This document shows positions 50,126-62,439 of a stretch of DNA of 64,000 nt, one piece after another. Both the position numbers and the translations under genes were made by a program. Under the pieces are notes generated by a model. It was not told the DNA's origin, did not search any database, and saw only the letters and a program-made list of their open reading frames with translations. Origin of the DNA: Mobula hypostoma (Eukaryota); contig NC_086100.1 of NCBI RefSeq assembly GCF_963921235.1, positions 172,546,001-172,610,000 of the forward strand. The letters are read 5' to 3'. Position 1 is the first letter of the stretch. Every line of letters begins with the position of its first letter.

Positions 50126-51835
50126 CAGGGATTTTCACTGGATGACCAGTCCCTATACACCTCCACCCCCATCAGAAGGGCCTTAAAGCTCTTTGCTTAT
50201 TTCTGGACAACATACACAACCAGTTCTCTTCTGCCACCACTCTCCTCCATCTGATGGAACTGGCCCTCACCCTCAATAATTTCTCCTTTGGCTCCTTCCA
50301 CTTCCTTCAAATCGAAGGTGTAGCCATGGGTCCCAGCAATGCCTTCCTTTTCATCAGCTACATGGAACAATTCATGTTCCAAGCCTACACCAGCATCGCT
50401 CCCCAACTCTTCCTATGCTACATTGACGACTGCATTAGTGCTGTTTCCTGCACCCATGCTGAGCACATCGATTTCATCAACGTTGCCTCCAACTTCCTCC
50501 CTGCCCTCAAATTTACTTAGTCCATTTTTGACACCTCCCTTCCCTTTCTTGATCTCTCTGTTTCCATCTCTGGAGACAGTCTATCTACTGATATCTTTCA
50601 CAAACCCACTGATTCTCACAGCTACCTAGATTATACCTCTTCCCACCCTGTCAGTTGTAAAAGTGCCATCCCTTTCTCTCAGTTCATTCGTCTCCGCTGC
50701 GTCTGGTCTCACGATGAGGCTTTTCATTCCAGAACAACTAAGACATCCTCCTTCTTCAGGAAAGGGACTTCCCTTCCTCTACTATCAGTGCTACCCTCCC
50801 CCACATCTCTAACATTTCACGCACATCTGCACTCACCCTATCCTTCTGCCGCCACACCAGGAATAGGGTTCCTCGTGTCTTCACCTACCACCACACTAGC
50901 CTCCACACATAATTCTCCGTAACTTCCAGCATCTCTAAAGGGATCCCACCACCAAGCACATCTTTGCTGCCCCCTACTTTCTGCTTTCCTCAGGGACAAC
51001 TCCCTTGTCCACTTCTCCCTCCCCACTAATCTCCCTCCTGATACTTACCCTTGCAAGGGGAACAAGTGCCACACCTGGCCCTACACCTTTTCCCTCACTA
51101 CCATTCAGGACCCCAAACAGTGCTTCCAGGTGAGGTGACACTTCACCTGCGAGTCTGTTGAGGTCATCTACTGTATCCAGTGCTCCTGGTGTGGCCTCCT
51201 ATATATCAGTGAGCCCCGATGTAATTTGGGAGACCACTTTGCCAAGCACCTTCAGTCAGTCTGCCACAAAAAGCAGGATCTCTCAGTGGCCACCCATTTC
51301 AATTATACTTCCCATATCCATTCCAATATGTCAGTCTATGGTCTCCTTACTGCTGTGATGAGGCCACACTCAGGTTGGAGGAGCAACAGCCTATATTCCA
51401 TCTGGATAGCCTCCAATTTGATAGCATGAACATCGACTTATGGTAATTAGTCCCCTCCCCTTCTCCTTCACCATTCCCCATTCTTGTCTCCTTCTCACAC
51501 ATTATCTCCTTACTTGCCCATCACCTCCCTCTGGTGCTCCTCTCCCTTCCCTTTCTTCCATGGTCTAAAGTCCTCTCCTATCAGATTCCCTCTTCTCCAA
51601 CCATTTATCTCTTTCACCAGTCAGCTTACCAGCTCTTTACTTCACCTCCCTCCCTCCTCTCCTGGTTTCACCTGTCACCTTCTACGTCTTGCTCCCCACC
51701 CCCCACCTTCTTATTCTGACTTCTCCCCTTCCCTTCCAGTCCTGATGAAGGGTCTTATCCTGAAACGTCAACTGTTTACTGTTTTCCATAGATGCTGCCT
51801 GGTCTGCTGAGTTCCTCCAGCATCTTGTATGTGTT
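50126..51835 (+). mobile_element. Penelope-like element (RT and GIY-YIG relic plus pLTR), inserted into a SINE
   Basis: QIEGVAMGP, FLCYIDDC, PFLDL (RT) and VIYCIQCSWCGLLYISE (GIY-YIG); SINE halves at 50020-50125 and 51838-51970. Confidence 0.9.
51737..51774 (+). ncRNA. Minimal hammerhead ribozyme in the Penelope pLTR
   Basis: CAGUC-CUGAUGA-AGGGUCUUAUCCU-GAAA-C-GUC-AACUG; one mismatch at the core-proximal pair of stem I. Confidence 0.7.
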
Positions 51836-52079
51836 GATGTGGGCTTGCTACATTGGCACTGGAAGAATGACAACACTTACGGGCTGCCTCCAGCACATCC
51901 TTAGACTATGTTAGTCATTGATGCAAATGACACATCTAGTTGTATGATGTATATGTGACAAATAAAGCTATTCTAATCTTTAAAGTTAGTGTTACCTCTC
52001 TACAACTATTGTTTGTCCTGCACTTAACAATTTGGGAAAACATTTAATTGGAGTAGAGGGAATGCTATTAGACAGGAAC

Positions 52080-54232
52080 TTGAGAACATAAATTGGGAGC
52101 AGATGTTCTCAGTGAAATGCACAGCAGAAATGTGGCAAATGTTTAGGGAACATTTGCATGGTGTTCAACATGGTATGTTCCGTTGAGGCAGGGAAAAGAT
52201 GGTAGGGTAAAAGAAGCACGGTGTACAAAGGATGCAGAAAAACTAGTTAAGAAGAAAAGAAAAGCTTGAAAGGTTCAAGAAACTAGGTACTTGGAGACTA
52301 GGTCTTGAGAGGTTCAAGAAACTATGTACTTGGAGACTAGGTCTTCAGAGGTTCAAGAAACTAGGTACTGTTAGAGCTCTAGAAAATTACAAGGGTGCCA
52401 GGAAGGAGTTTAAGAATGGAATTAGTAGAATAGAAGGGGCTATGAAAAGGCCTTGGCGAGCAGGATTAAGGAAAATGCCCAAGGCATTCTACAAGTACAT
52501 GAAGAGCAAGAGGCTGAACAGTGTGAGAATAGGACCAAACAGATGTGATAGTGGAAATGTGTGCATGGAGCCGGAGGAGGTAGCGGAGGTACTTAACGAA
52601 TTCACCAGTGAAAAGGACTTTGGCAAAGTGGGGTTGACTTACAGCAGACTGGAATGCTTGAGTGCATAGATATTGAGAAAGAGGATGTGCAGGAGCTTTG
52701 GAAAGGTATTAAGTTAGATAAGTCACCGGGATCGGATGAGCTGTACCCCAGGCTACTGTTGGATGCAAGAGGGGAGACTGCTGAGCCTCTGGGGATGATC
52801 TAGGGACAGGAGAAGTACCAGAGGATTGGAAGGTTGCAAACATTGTTCCCCTGTTCAAGAAAGGGATAACCCAGGAAATTATAGACCAGTACGTCATACT
52901 TCAGTGCTGGGCAAGTGTTGGAGATGATCCTGAGAGGCAGGAGATATGAGCATTTGAAGCGACAAAATCTGAGTAGGGATAGCATCACAGCTTTGTCAAG
53001 GGCAGGTAATGCCTTACGAACCTGTTTGAATTCTTTGAGGATGTAATATAACACATTGATGAAGGTAGAGCAGTGGATGTAGTGTATATGGATTTCGGTA
53101 AGGCATTTGATATGGTTTCTCATGTAAGGCTCATTCAGAAAGTAAGGAGACATGGGATCCCAGGAGACCTTGCTTTATGGATTGAGAATTGGCTTGTCCA
53201 CAGAAGGCAAAGGGTGGTGTAGATGATTCGTATTCTGCACGGAGGATGGTGACCAGTGGTGTTTCACAGGAGTCTGTTCCAGGACCCCTCTTCTTTATGA
53301 TTTTTATAAATGACCTGGATGAGGAAGTGGAGGGATGGGTTAGTAAACTTGCTGATGACACAAAGGTTGGGGGTGTTGTGGGTAGTCTGGAGGGTTGTCA
53401 GGTTACAGTGGGACATCAATAGGATGCAGAATTGGGCTGAGAAGTGGCAGATGGACTTCAACCCAAATAAGTGTGAAGTGATTCATTTCATTAGGTCAAA
53501 TTTGAAGACAGAATATAATATTAATGGTAAGAATCTTAGCAGTGTGGAGGATCTGAGAGACCTTGGGGTCCGTCTCCATAGGACACTCAAAGCTGCTGCG
53601 CAGGTTGGCATTGTTAGGAAGGCGTATGGTGTGTTGGCTTTTTTCAACCATGGGATTGAGTTCAAGAGCCGTGAGGTAATGTTATAGATACCATGACATT
53701 AGTTAGACCCCACTTGGAGTACTATGTTCATTTCTGGTCACCTCGCTACAGGAAGAATGTGGATACCATAGAGAGAGTGCAGAGGAGATTTACAAGGATG
53801 TTGCCTGGATTGGAGAGCATGCCTTAGGAGAATAAGTTGAACTTGGCCTTTTCTCCTTGGAATGACAGAGGATGAGAGGTGACATGATAGAGATGTATAG
53901 GATGATGAGCGGCATTGATTGTGTGGATAGTCAGAGGCTTTTTCCCAGGGCTGAAATGGCTAACTTGGGGGCATAGTTTTAAGGTGCAAGGGGATGTCAG
54001 AGGTAAGTTTTTCCACAGAGAGTGTGGGTGTGTGGAATGCACTGCCAGTGCCGGTGGTAGGGATGTATACAATATCTTTTAAGAGACTCTTAGATAGGTA
54101 CATGTAGCTTAGAAAAATAGAGGGCTATGCAGTAGGGAAATTCTAGGCAGTTTCTAGAGCAGGTTACATGGTTGGCACAACATTGTGGGCCGAAGGGCCT
54201 GTAATGTGCTGTACATTTCTATGTTTCTATGC
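52080..54232 (+). mobile_element. CR1 LINE, decayed
   Basis: PKAFYKY, KSPG, KLADDTK and WQMDFNPNKCEV motifs; (tttctatg)n tail. Confidence 0.88.
52271..52369 (+). repeat. 39-bp tandem repeat, about 2.5 copies
   Basis: aggttcaagaaactaggtacttggagactaggtcttgag at 52271 and 52310, partial at 52349. Confidence 0.9.
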
Positions 54233-54496
54233 AGGTCTCTAATTAGTTGCAGGTTTTGTGAACTTTGTGCCCCATTCATCACTCTACTCAGTGCTAGATG
54301 CCATCATATTCCTAACTCTGCTGGATTGGTCGATGAATTTACATAGGGTCAGCAGGCAAAGTTTTGAAAAGGGCCATGGATGTGAAATGTTAACTGTGTT
54401 TCTCTCTCCGCATATGGTGCCTAACCTTATGAATGTTTCCAGCTTTCTTCAATAACATCCCTGTGCGGCGTGACATTCTACCATACAATATAACAA

Positions 54497-55050
54497 AACT
54501 CAGTGGGTACTTTACTCAATATCTCCTGTACCTAATGAGGTGGCCGCCGAATGTACGTTCTTGGTCTTCTGCTGCTGAGCCCCACCACCATCAAGGTTCC
54601 AACGGGTTGTGTGTTCACAACTGCTCCTCGGACACACTACCGCTGTAATGTGTGGTTATTTGAGTTGCCACTGCCCTTCTGTCAGCTTGAACCAGTGTGG
54701 TCAATCCCCTCCGATCTCTCTCATTAACAAGATATTTTCCCACAGCTCACTAGATTTTTTTTCTTGTTTTGCACAGAAGTCTCTCTTGAGACTGTTGTGT
54801 GTGAAAATCACAGGAGATCAGCAGTTTCTGAGATACTCAAACACCCATCTGGCACCAACGATTATTCCCTGATCAAAGTCATTTAGATGGCATTTCTTCC
54901 CCATTCTGTTATTTGGTCTAAGCAACAACTGAACCTTGACCATTTCTGCAAGCTTTTATGTATTGAGTTGCTGCCACACAATTGGCTAATTAGATACTTA
55001 CATTAACTAGCAGGTATCCAAGTGTATCTGATAATGTGGCCTCTGAGTGT
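54497..55050 (-). mobile_element. Tc1-like non-autonomous element
   Basis: Third copy of the 7939-8436 family; ends tgtggcctctgagtg|TA. Confidence 0.7.
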
Positions 55051-55171
55051 ATCAGTCATTATTGCTGTAAAATTCTTTCATTTTAAATAGAAATTGAGGT
55101 GACAATCTCAATGGCATTGCAAGAGCAATCTTTTTATTCATTAAGTATACTTCAAAGTTCCTTAAGGTTAT

Positions 55172-55745
55172 TATAGCCCGGGTGGTAATGGGGACAAGCT
55201 CCCACTACCTATTGAATGCTCCCAATGGCATGCACCTCAGGGAGCATCTGACAACCAAGTCCAGCTCCTGGCCTCCACGTGTGGCTTAGCTACTGAGCCT
55301 GGCAGAACTGCTCTTACTGACAGCAGAAGGGGCAGAGCCGAGTTACTGGCACCTTAAAACCAGTCGCTTCAGGCAGATGGGGCTCGTCAGCCATGGTTGG
55401 CAGCTCATCTAGGAGAAGGAAAACTCTGATCTCAAACCTCCACTGTCTTGTGGCTACACCCACTCATGGGGAAGGCTGAGGGAGTAAACCTTGAGGGAAA
55501 AATCCAGAGTTGGAGTCCCTAAAGCAGTCCTACGTTGAGTTCAATGCTGACTGGCAACTCCTGTGATGCTTCTGCACCAAACTGTATTGGCCTCTGCCGT
55601 TCCTTTGAAGTATGGTGAGACGGGGGCTTCCGTTGGTCAGGATCGACCATGAACATTGCGTTCTGGCCATCTAGATACGCAAGCCTGGGAAGTACAATAT
55701 GGAGAGCAAACTGTTGCCCATGCAACAAGCTCCCCCTCTCCATGC
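55172..55745. mobile_element. RTE-like 5'UTR-derived element
   Basis: Contains ctaggagaaggaaaactctga, a motif I associate with RTE-clade 5' UTRs; GC-rich, non-coding. Confidence 0.45.
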
Positions 55746-57124
55746 ATCTGCCACAGCTTTTATGGGTTTCAGATTTTGTTTCACCTGACATTTTGCTGTG
55801 CAGTTGTGGGAAATGTTATAGCCTTCAGTACAGCCAGACTGCGTGAAACCTAATTTTGGTTTGTCACCCACAACCGAAGTGTGTAACTTATAGCATCCAC
55901 TTTAGCAGATGCAAGGCTGGAAACTGAACTCTATTTGAAAAGGCAAGTCTATGGTCTTACACAGGGGCATTACAGTTCTGGATAGCCGAGAGGCTTTGCA
56001 GACTAGCACAAAGTCTTTTCATCTGCATGCTCCACTATTGCAGAGGAAGCCTGTGTGGCACCAAGTTGTGGGTGGGATGCTGGGTTGTAAAGAAGTGGGG
56101 GTTAGAGAGTATTGTGGTGGTGTGGTTAGAGGAGATCTTAAGGGATAGAGAAGATCAGGCTGGTGAGAGTGGATTGGCAGGGGTAAGAACTTAAGGAGTA
56201 TGAGCTGCATTACCTTTCCCTTGGTACACTACCAGGTGAGAAAAATGCTCTCATCATCTATCTCTTTCAAACATACATGTTTCAGTGAGACCACCATATA
56301 CTCTGAATTTCACAGAGTATCAGTCCACCCCACTGATAAGCCAACTCACCTTTCTCAGATCCCTACATCACAGAAATCAGCCAGTTCGATTCTCTGAAAA
56401 TCATATTAAGAAACAGCTATGAGCACTGGATACAGCAAGGACTAAGGGACTAGACAGCATCCTATTTGTAGTACAGAAGACCTTCACAGCAGAACTAGTT
56501 ATGCCTCCAGCTAAGCTACAACAGTGCAGTTGCAACACCGGAATCTTCCCATGAATGTGGAAGATTGCCTTGGTCTACTCATTATATCATGTAGAGTTAT
56601 CATATAAATATGGTCGGGTGCTTCCAATGCATCGGCAAGTTTGCGGCACTTGGAGGTTCATGGCAGGGAGAGTTTCTCCCTTCTGCCGCCTGTCGATCAG
56701 GACTTTGAGACTTTTTTTTTTACCATGCCCATGGTCTGCTCTTTATCAAATTACGGTATTGCTTTGCACTGTTGTAACTATATGTTATAGTTATGTGGTT
56801 TTGTCAGTCTTAATCTTGGTTTGTCCTTTTTTTTGTGATATCATTCTGTAGGAACATTGTATCATTTTTTAATGCATGCATTTCTAAATGACAATAAACA
56901 AGGACTGAGTGTCCTTATAATCTAATCTAATAAGGAAAAAAAAGGGTGCCAAGGGAAGAATGATATCGCTGGGTGATGGGCGGACTATTCAAATGTATTG
57001 GAGTGGGATTGCAGCTATCTGAGTTTACTAACAGAGAAATGAAGGGTCAGAATATAGTGTGAAAAATCTCAGTTCTGCCTACAAATCTCTGAGCTTCAAT
57101 CCATTAATTTCTTCTGTTTTTGGA

Positions 57125-57580
57125 TTTGAAAAGGATGCTCCCAGGATTGGAGGACCTGTGTTACGGGGCAGATTGACAAGGCTAGGTCTTTATTCCTTAG
57201 AATGTAGGTGACCTCGGAGAAATGTTTAAAATATTAAGAGGCATAGATAAGGTGGAAGGTTGCAGTCTTTTTCCCAGGGTAAGGGAGTTCAAATTATGGG
57301 GCATAGATTTAGGGTGTAAGGGAAAAGATTTCGAAGGGACCAGAGGGGCAAATTTTTTCATGTGGAGCATGGTGAGTATATGGAAAGAGCTGCCAGAGGA
57401 AGTGGTTGAGGCAGGTACCGTGTATCATTTAAGAAGTACTTGGACAGTGGTATACAGTGGCAGGGTTATAGAGAGACGGGCAGATCACAGGAAATTGGGA
57501 TTAGCTCGCTGAGCACTGTGATCAATATGGACTCATTTGGCTGAAGGGCCTATATCTATGTCTTATCGTTCTAAGACTCA
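57125..57580 (+). mobile_element. CR1 3' fragment
   Basis: RMLPGLE and FKILRGIDKV remnants plus 3' UTR. Confidence 0.7.
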
Positions 57581-58001
57581 GTTTGGACAACAGCAAATCA
57601 GACAGAACCTAAATATTTATTGACATCATAATTTAAACAGGAATTGCTGAAGGTAACAGAATTGTCCTAGAATTCTGTGCAAGAAAAATGGTAATCTGAC
57701 CCCAAAATATCACTGTCGACGGAGTTCTAGAATATAAAATATTACTTTGTTTCCATTGTTGCATTATTCTTTTGGATTAAGACCCTTGCATGTCTTTATT
57801 CAATGTAGCAAAATGAATACTACCATTTACCATCTGATTCAAGCAAACTAAAGATCAAAAGTATTCATTAAGATCATCAGCAGGAAATGTGGCTAGTCGC
57901 AACTGTTTCTCTCTGACTAGAGTTAAACAGGAAGCAGAAGAATTTGAAGGCAAAAGGAGCAATGCTTCGCTGTGTCTGAGGAGCTTCTAAACTGTCAAGA
58001 T

Positions 58002-58086
58002 ATGGAGCTGAGTTCCTCCAGTCTCTACAGTAAACTTCTACCCTTAATTCAACTCATGCTTCTTCTATCTTGCACGGCTATTGCAG
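58002..58086 (+). CDS. Putative first coding exon (signal peptide) of an unidentified secreted or membrane protein gene
   Basis: Strong Kozak context (gatATGG); MELSSSSLYSKLLPLIQLMLLLSCTAIA plus 1 nt; consensus donor CAG|GTAAGA; TATAAAA at 57733; lies in non-repeat sequence. Confidence 0.55.
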
Positions 58087-58959
58087 GTAAGAATGTAGTT
58101 GATTTCAATATTTTTAGATTGTGGATTTTTTAAAATTACTGATAATACCAATGATCATTGGTTGCTGGTTCCTTTGATTTAAGGAGGAACATCTCAAGTA
58201 GGCTTAAGTAGAAGGTTTAGATCTGTAATGTTACATTCAAATAAAAACTAAATGTTAGGGATAATCCACAGTTAATGCAGTATCGGTAGATAGAGTACCA
58301 GTCTACTGGAGGAACTCAGCAGCTTCTGCTGAGGAAAAATAAATGTTGATGTTTTGGCTTGAAACTTTACATCAAGTTTTTCCCCTTCACCCCAACAAAT
58401 GTTGCTCAAGCCTAGCAGATTGTGTTTTTTTTGCTCCAGGTTCCAGTCAGTCCCTTGTGTCTCTATAGATTTCAGGTCAATGATCCTTTATCAAACTTGG
58501 AACATAGAGAAAGTAAACATATTCTATGTCATAGAGAAGACGAACAATGGAGAACAAAGTAAATGCCCCGACAAAGGGAGCAGGAAGGTTTTTTAAAGAC
58601 CTGCTGAATATCACCATATCTTGTTTTAATTTACAGTTTTCAGCATCTGCAGTTTTATCTGAATTTGTGCTACATTTCAAAACTGCTCATTAGGCTTCAA
58701 GTTATGTTTGATGGGCAAATGGAAACATCATATTTGGCTACATGATGAACTGTGGACACGTATAGAATTGACCATCCCATAAATAGAGTTCTGGTTTTGA
58801 TGCACGAACATTCCAGTTCATCAAATATGCAAATAATTTTATATTAAGAGGTGGTGGATTTTTAGTTACTGTATTATTCATTTTCAGGACGTCGGCCATG
58901 CACTCAAGGCCAACATTTATTGCCGTACTTAATTCAGTATTTCTCCCCTCTTGAGTCTT

Positions 58960-59800
58960 TTATTTTGGACACGTGCCAAGGTACAACGAAAAACTTGCAT
59001 TGCATACTATCCATACAGATCACTTCTTTAAAATGCTACATTGAGGTAGTACAAGGTAAAACAATAACAAGATGCAGAATAAAGTGTTAGAGTACAGAGA
59101 AAGCACAGTGCAGACAGATGGTAAGGTGCAAGATACATTGTGGGATTAAGAGTCCATTTTATTGTACTGGGGAAACATTCAGTAGTCTTATAATGGCAGA
59201 ACAGAGGCTGTCCTTGAGCCTGGTGGTACATGCTTCCAGGCTTTTGTATCTTCTGCCCGATGGGAGAGGGAAGAAGAGAGAATGCTCAGTGTCTTTGATT
59301 ATGTTGGCTCCTTACTGAGGCAGAAGTACAGACTGAATCCATAGAGGAGAGGCTGCTGAAAAGAGTGCATAAAAGATTTACAAGGACATTGCCAGGACTC
59401 AAAGGACTGAGTTTTTGAGATGATCAACAATCTAAGACGTTATTCATTGTGCAGAGGAAAAAGGATGGGTGATCATAGGTATAAAAAACCATGAGGGGGC
59501 ATATATAAGGGTGAATGTGCAGTCTGAGAGGAAGTCGTTCAGTCTGGTACCTTTGCAACATTTATAAGGCATATCCACAGATGCATGAATAGAGAAGATT
59601 TAGAGCAGGGGTACCCAACCTTCTTTAAGCCATGGATCCCTACCATTAACCGAGGGGTCTGTGGATCCCAAGTTGGGAGCCCCTGGTTCGGAGGGATCTG
59701 GGCCAATTTCAGACAAATGGAACCAGCTTAGGTGGGCATCTTGTTTGACGTGAATGATTGGGACCGAAGAGCCTGGTTCAGTGCTGCGTGACTCTACGAG
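58960..59800. mobile_element. Rex/Babar 3' end (minus), CR1 3' end (plus) and hAT MITE (59606-59685)
   Basis: cttttgtatcttctgcccgatggg (reverse LLPSGR motif); RFTRTLPGL remnant; MITE TIRs caggggtacccaacc / gttgggagcccctg. Confidence 0.65.
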
Positions 59801-60699
59801 CAGCCTTGTTGAACTGCTGCAAATCTGGTGAGGATTGTGGATTTGAGGGCTGCTGTTCAAGTATCACGGGAAAGTAACTGAAGCGCATGTTGCACCTGGA
59901 AGGAAAAACGGCAACTGATGTGCTCTCCGGTGGAAGGACTAGATGGTTAGTTGTTACGAGTGGAATGCCCACCTAGTGGTCTGTGTATCCTGCCTGACGT
60001 TGAGCTCCCTCATATAGGCAGTTGGAGGATATTCTACCCAACTCCTGAAATGTGTCTGCAGATTGTGGAGAGAATTTAGATTTTCTACCCACTCTGAACT
60101 GCTCAAGGAGCCATAGTTTTTATTTGGCCGGTTCAGCTAAGTTACCAGCCCCCTAGAGCTGAAGGTTGTGAGCACAGTGATAGAGATCTTCTGAAAACCA
60201 ATCAGATATAATAGCAAAGAAATACAGACAGCCTCAAAAATTTTTATACGGTATATAAAGTTCAATACAGATACATTTTCTTTTTGTGCCAAAATAGGGA
60301 CATCAGTACTTGCTGATGTCAATCTGACTGGCAAGAGAGTGAAGGAAGTCAGAATGAGTGAGTACCATACTAAATTTGTAACTTTTAGATAGTCAGTTTA
60401 CAATCCAAAACTAGGGAAATGAATCTAAACAAGGGAGATTATATAGGAGTGAGACGTGAGTTGCAATGCTAGGTTGTGGAGTTTCATTAAAAGGCATGAT
60501 ATTTGATGGGTAATAGGTGACATTTAAAGCAGAAATACAGGAACAGTGACTGTTATAATTCCATCCTTGACTAACCTTAAAATGCACAAGGATACATAAC
60601 CCAACTTTGGCTAATATTAGCTACAGATTGTATTAGATCCAGTGAAGAGTAGTTTTGCCAGACTAAGTTGCAAACCTAAGTATTGGAAGTAGTTTAGAT

Positions 60700-62110
60700 T
60701 TCAGCTAAGTGAAAAAAATAATTAAAAGGGCACAAGTAGGCACTGAGAGTATACTTGCAGAGAACATAAAAGTAGACTCTAACAGTTCCTCCAGGTATCT
60801 AAAAAGAGAAAGTCAAAATGATGTCAAACATAAATCTCCAATAAAAATGGGAGAATTCGTCATAGGAAGACATGGATGAATTAAATGGTTCCACTTTGAC
60901 AGAGGAGAATACAAGTAAACCCACAGAAATGTTAAGGAACCAGGAATCTAATGAAATTGGAGGATTAAGAACAAAAAGGAAAGAAACAGTGCTGATGAAA
61001 TTAATGGCACCCAGTAAATCCCCAGGACGTGATCACTTGCAACCTAGAAGACTGAAGGTAACCATTAGAAACAGTGGATGCAGTAGTAATCATTTCCAGA
61101 GTTCTATAGTTTCAGCACATTGAAAAATGGCAAAAGTAACTGGTGGATATTGCAGGGATCAGTGTTTGGGCATCAGTCATTCATAATATTTATCAATGAT
61201 TTAGATGAGGAAGAGAATGTAATATTACAACTTTTGCCACTGCCCTTAAACGTAAGTGGGATTATAAATTGCGAGGAGGATGCAAGGGGTTTCAAGGCAA
61301 ATTGGATAGACTGAGTTAATGGGCAAGGACATGGTAGATGTGGTATAAAGTGGATAAATATGAAGTTAGCCACATTGGTAATAATACAATGCAGGTACAT
61401 TGTATTATTTAAAGTGTTATAGTGGGAAGCATTGATGTAGATATCCTTGATGATGAGCCACCAAAACAGATCTCATGGCAGGCAGTTAAGAAGGCAAGTC
61501 TTTTATGACTTTCATAATGGAAGGATTTGAATGTTGGAGTAAAGATGTCTTGGTACAATCATAAATTCCTTGGTGATACCACAAATGGAATATTGTGAAC
61601 AGTTTTAGTCTCCTGAACCACATACAATAAATAATATATAAGCCATTGAGAGAGAACTAGAATGATTCTGAGAATGGTAGAACTGTCATACAAGGATAGA
61701 TTTTATTCACCACAACTTAGAAAACATGAGAGGACAACTAAATAAACATTCAATACTTGCAGGCAATAATAATTGGGCATCTAAAGGATTTTTCCCCTGG
61801 CTGGCACACCTAGAATGAGAGGTCACAATGTCAGGTTACAGTGCAAAAGATTTAGTACTGAGCTGAGGAAGAGACTTCTCCTGAAGAAAGGTCTCAGCAC
61901 AAAATGTTGACTGTTTATTAATTTCCATGGATGCTGTCTGACCTGTTGAGTTCCTCCAGCACTTTGGGTGTTGCTGAGGAGACTTTTCACCCAGAGGGCG
62001 ATGAGCTGTGGAATTCACTGCCACCAGGCTCACTGGGATCGAGCCTCAATTTTATTTTAGAATGAAATAGATATGTTTGCGGAGTATCGGTATCAGGAGA
62101 GAAGAGGACT
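60700..62110 (+). mobile_element. Old CR1 with a Penelope pLTR fragment at about 61878-61972
   Basis: KSPGRDHLQPR and QGSVFG...FINDLDE remnants; the inserted ctgaagaaaggtctcagcacaaaatgttgactg has a broken GAAA. Confidence 0.65.
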
Positions 62111-62439
62111 GTGGTACTGAAATAGATGATAAACACAGCTGGTACTGTTCTATACTCTATGTCTTCAGTACTACAGCAAGCATGTTGCCTGGTCCAGATA
62201 TTTTCAACTATGCCTTGATATCTTGTAGAGAGAACCAAGTTGGTCAAAGCAAGGCTTCTGTGATGGTGAGATATCAGGGGGAAGTCGAAACGGGTTACCT
62301 ATTCAGCACATCTGGCTGGAAATGGTTGCAAATGCTTCAGCCCTTCCCTTGATCGTTATAATCATTCAGCACGTGGACGTTTTTCTCCTGCTTGTTGTCT
62401 ATTTGTCTAACACACCCCAAAATGTGATTTGGCACATAG

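Noticed and set aside
52271-52369. CRISPR-like repeat array
   Set aside because: Head-to-tail tandem duplication without spacers, inside a CR1 in a eukaryotic genome.
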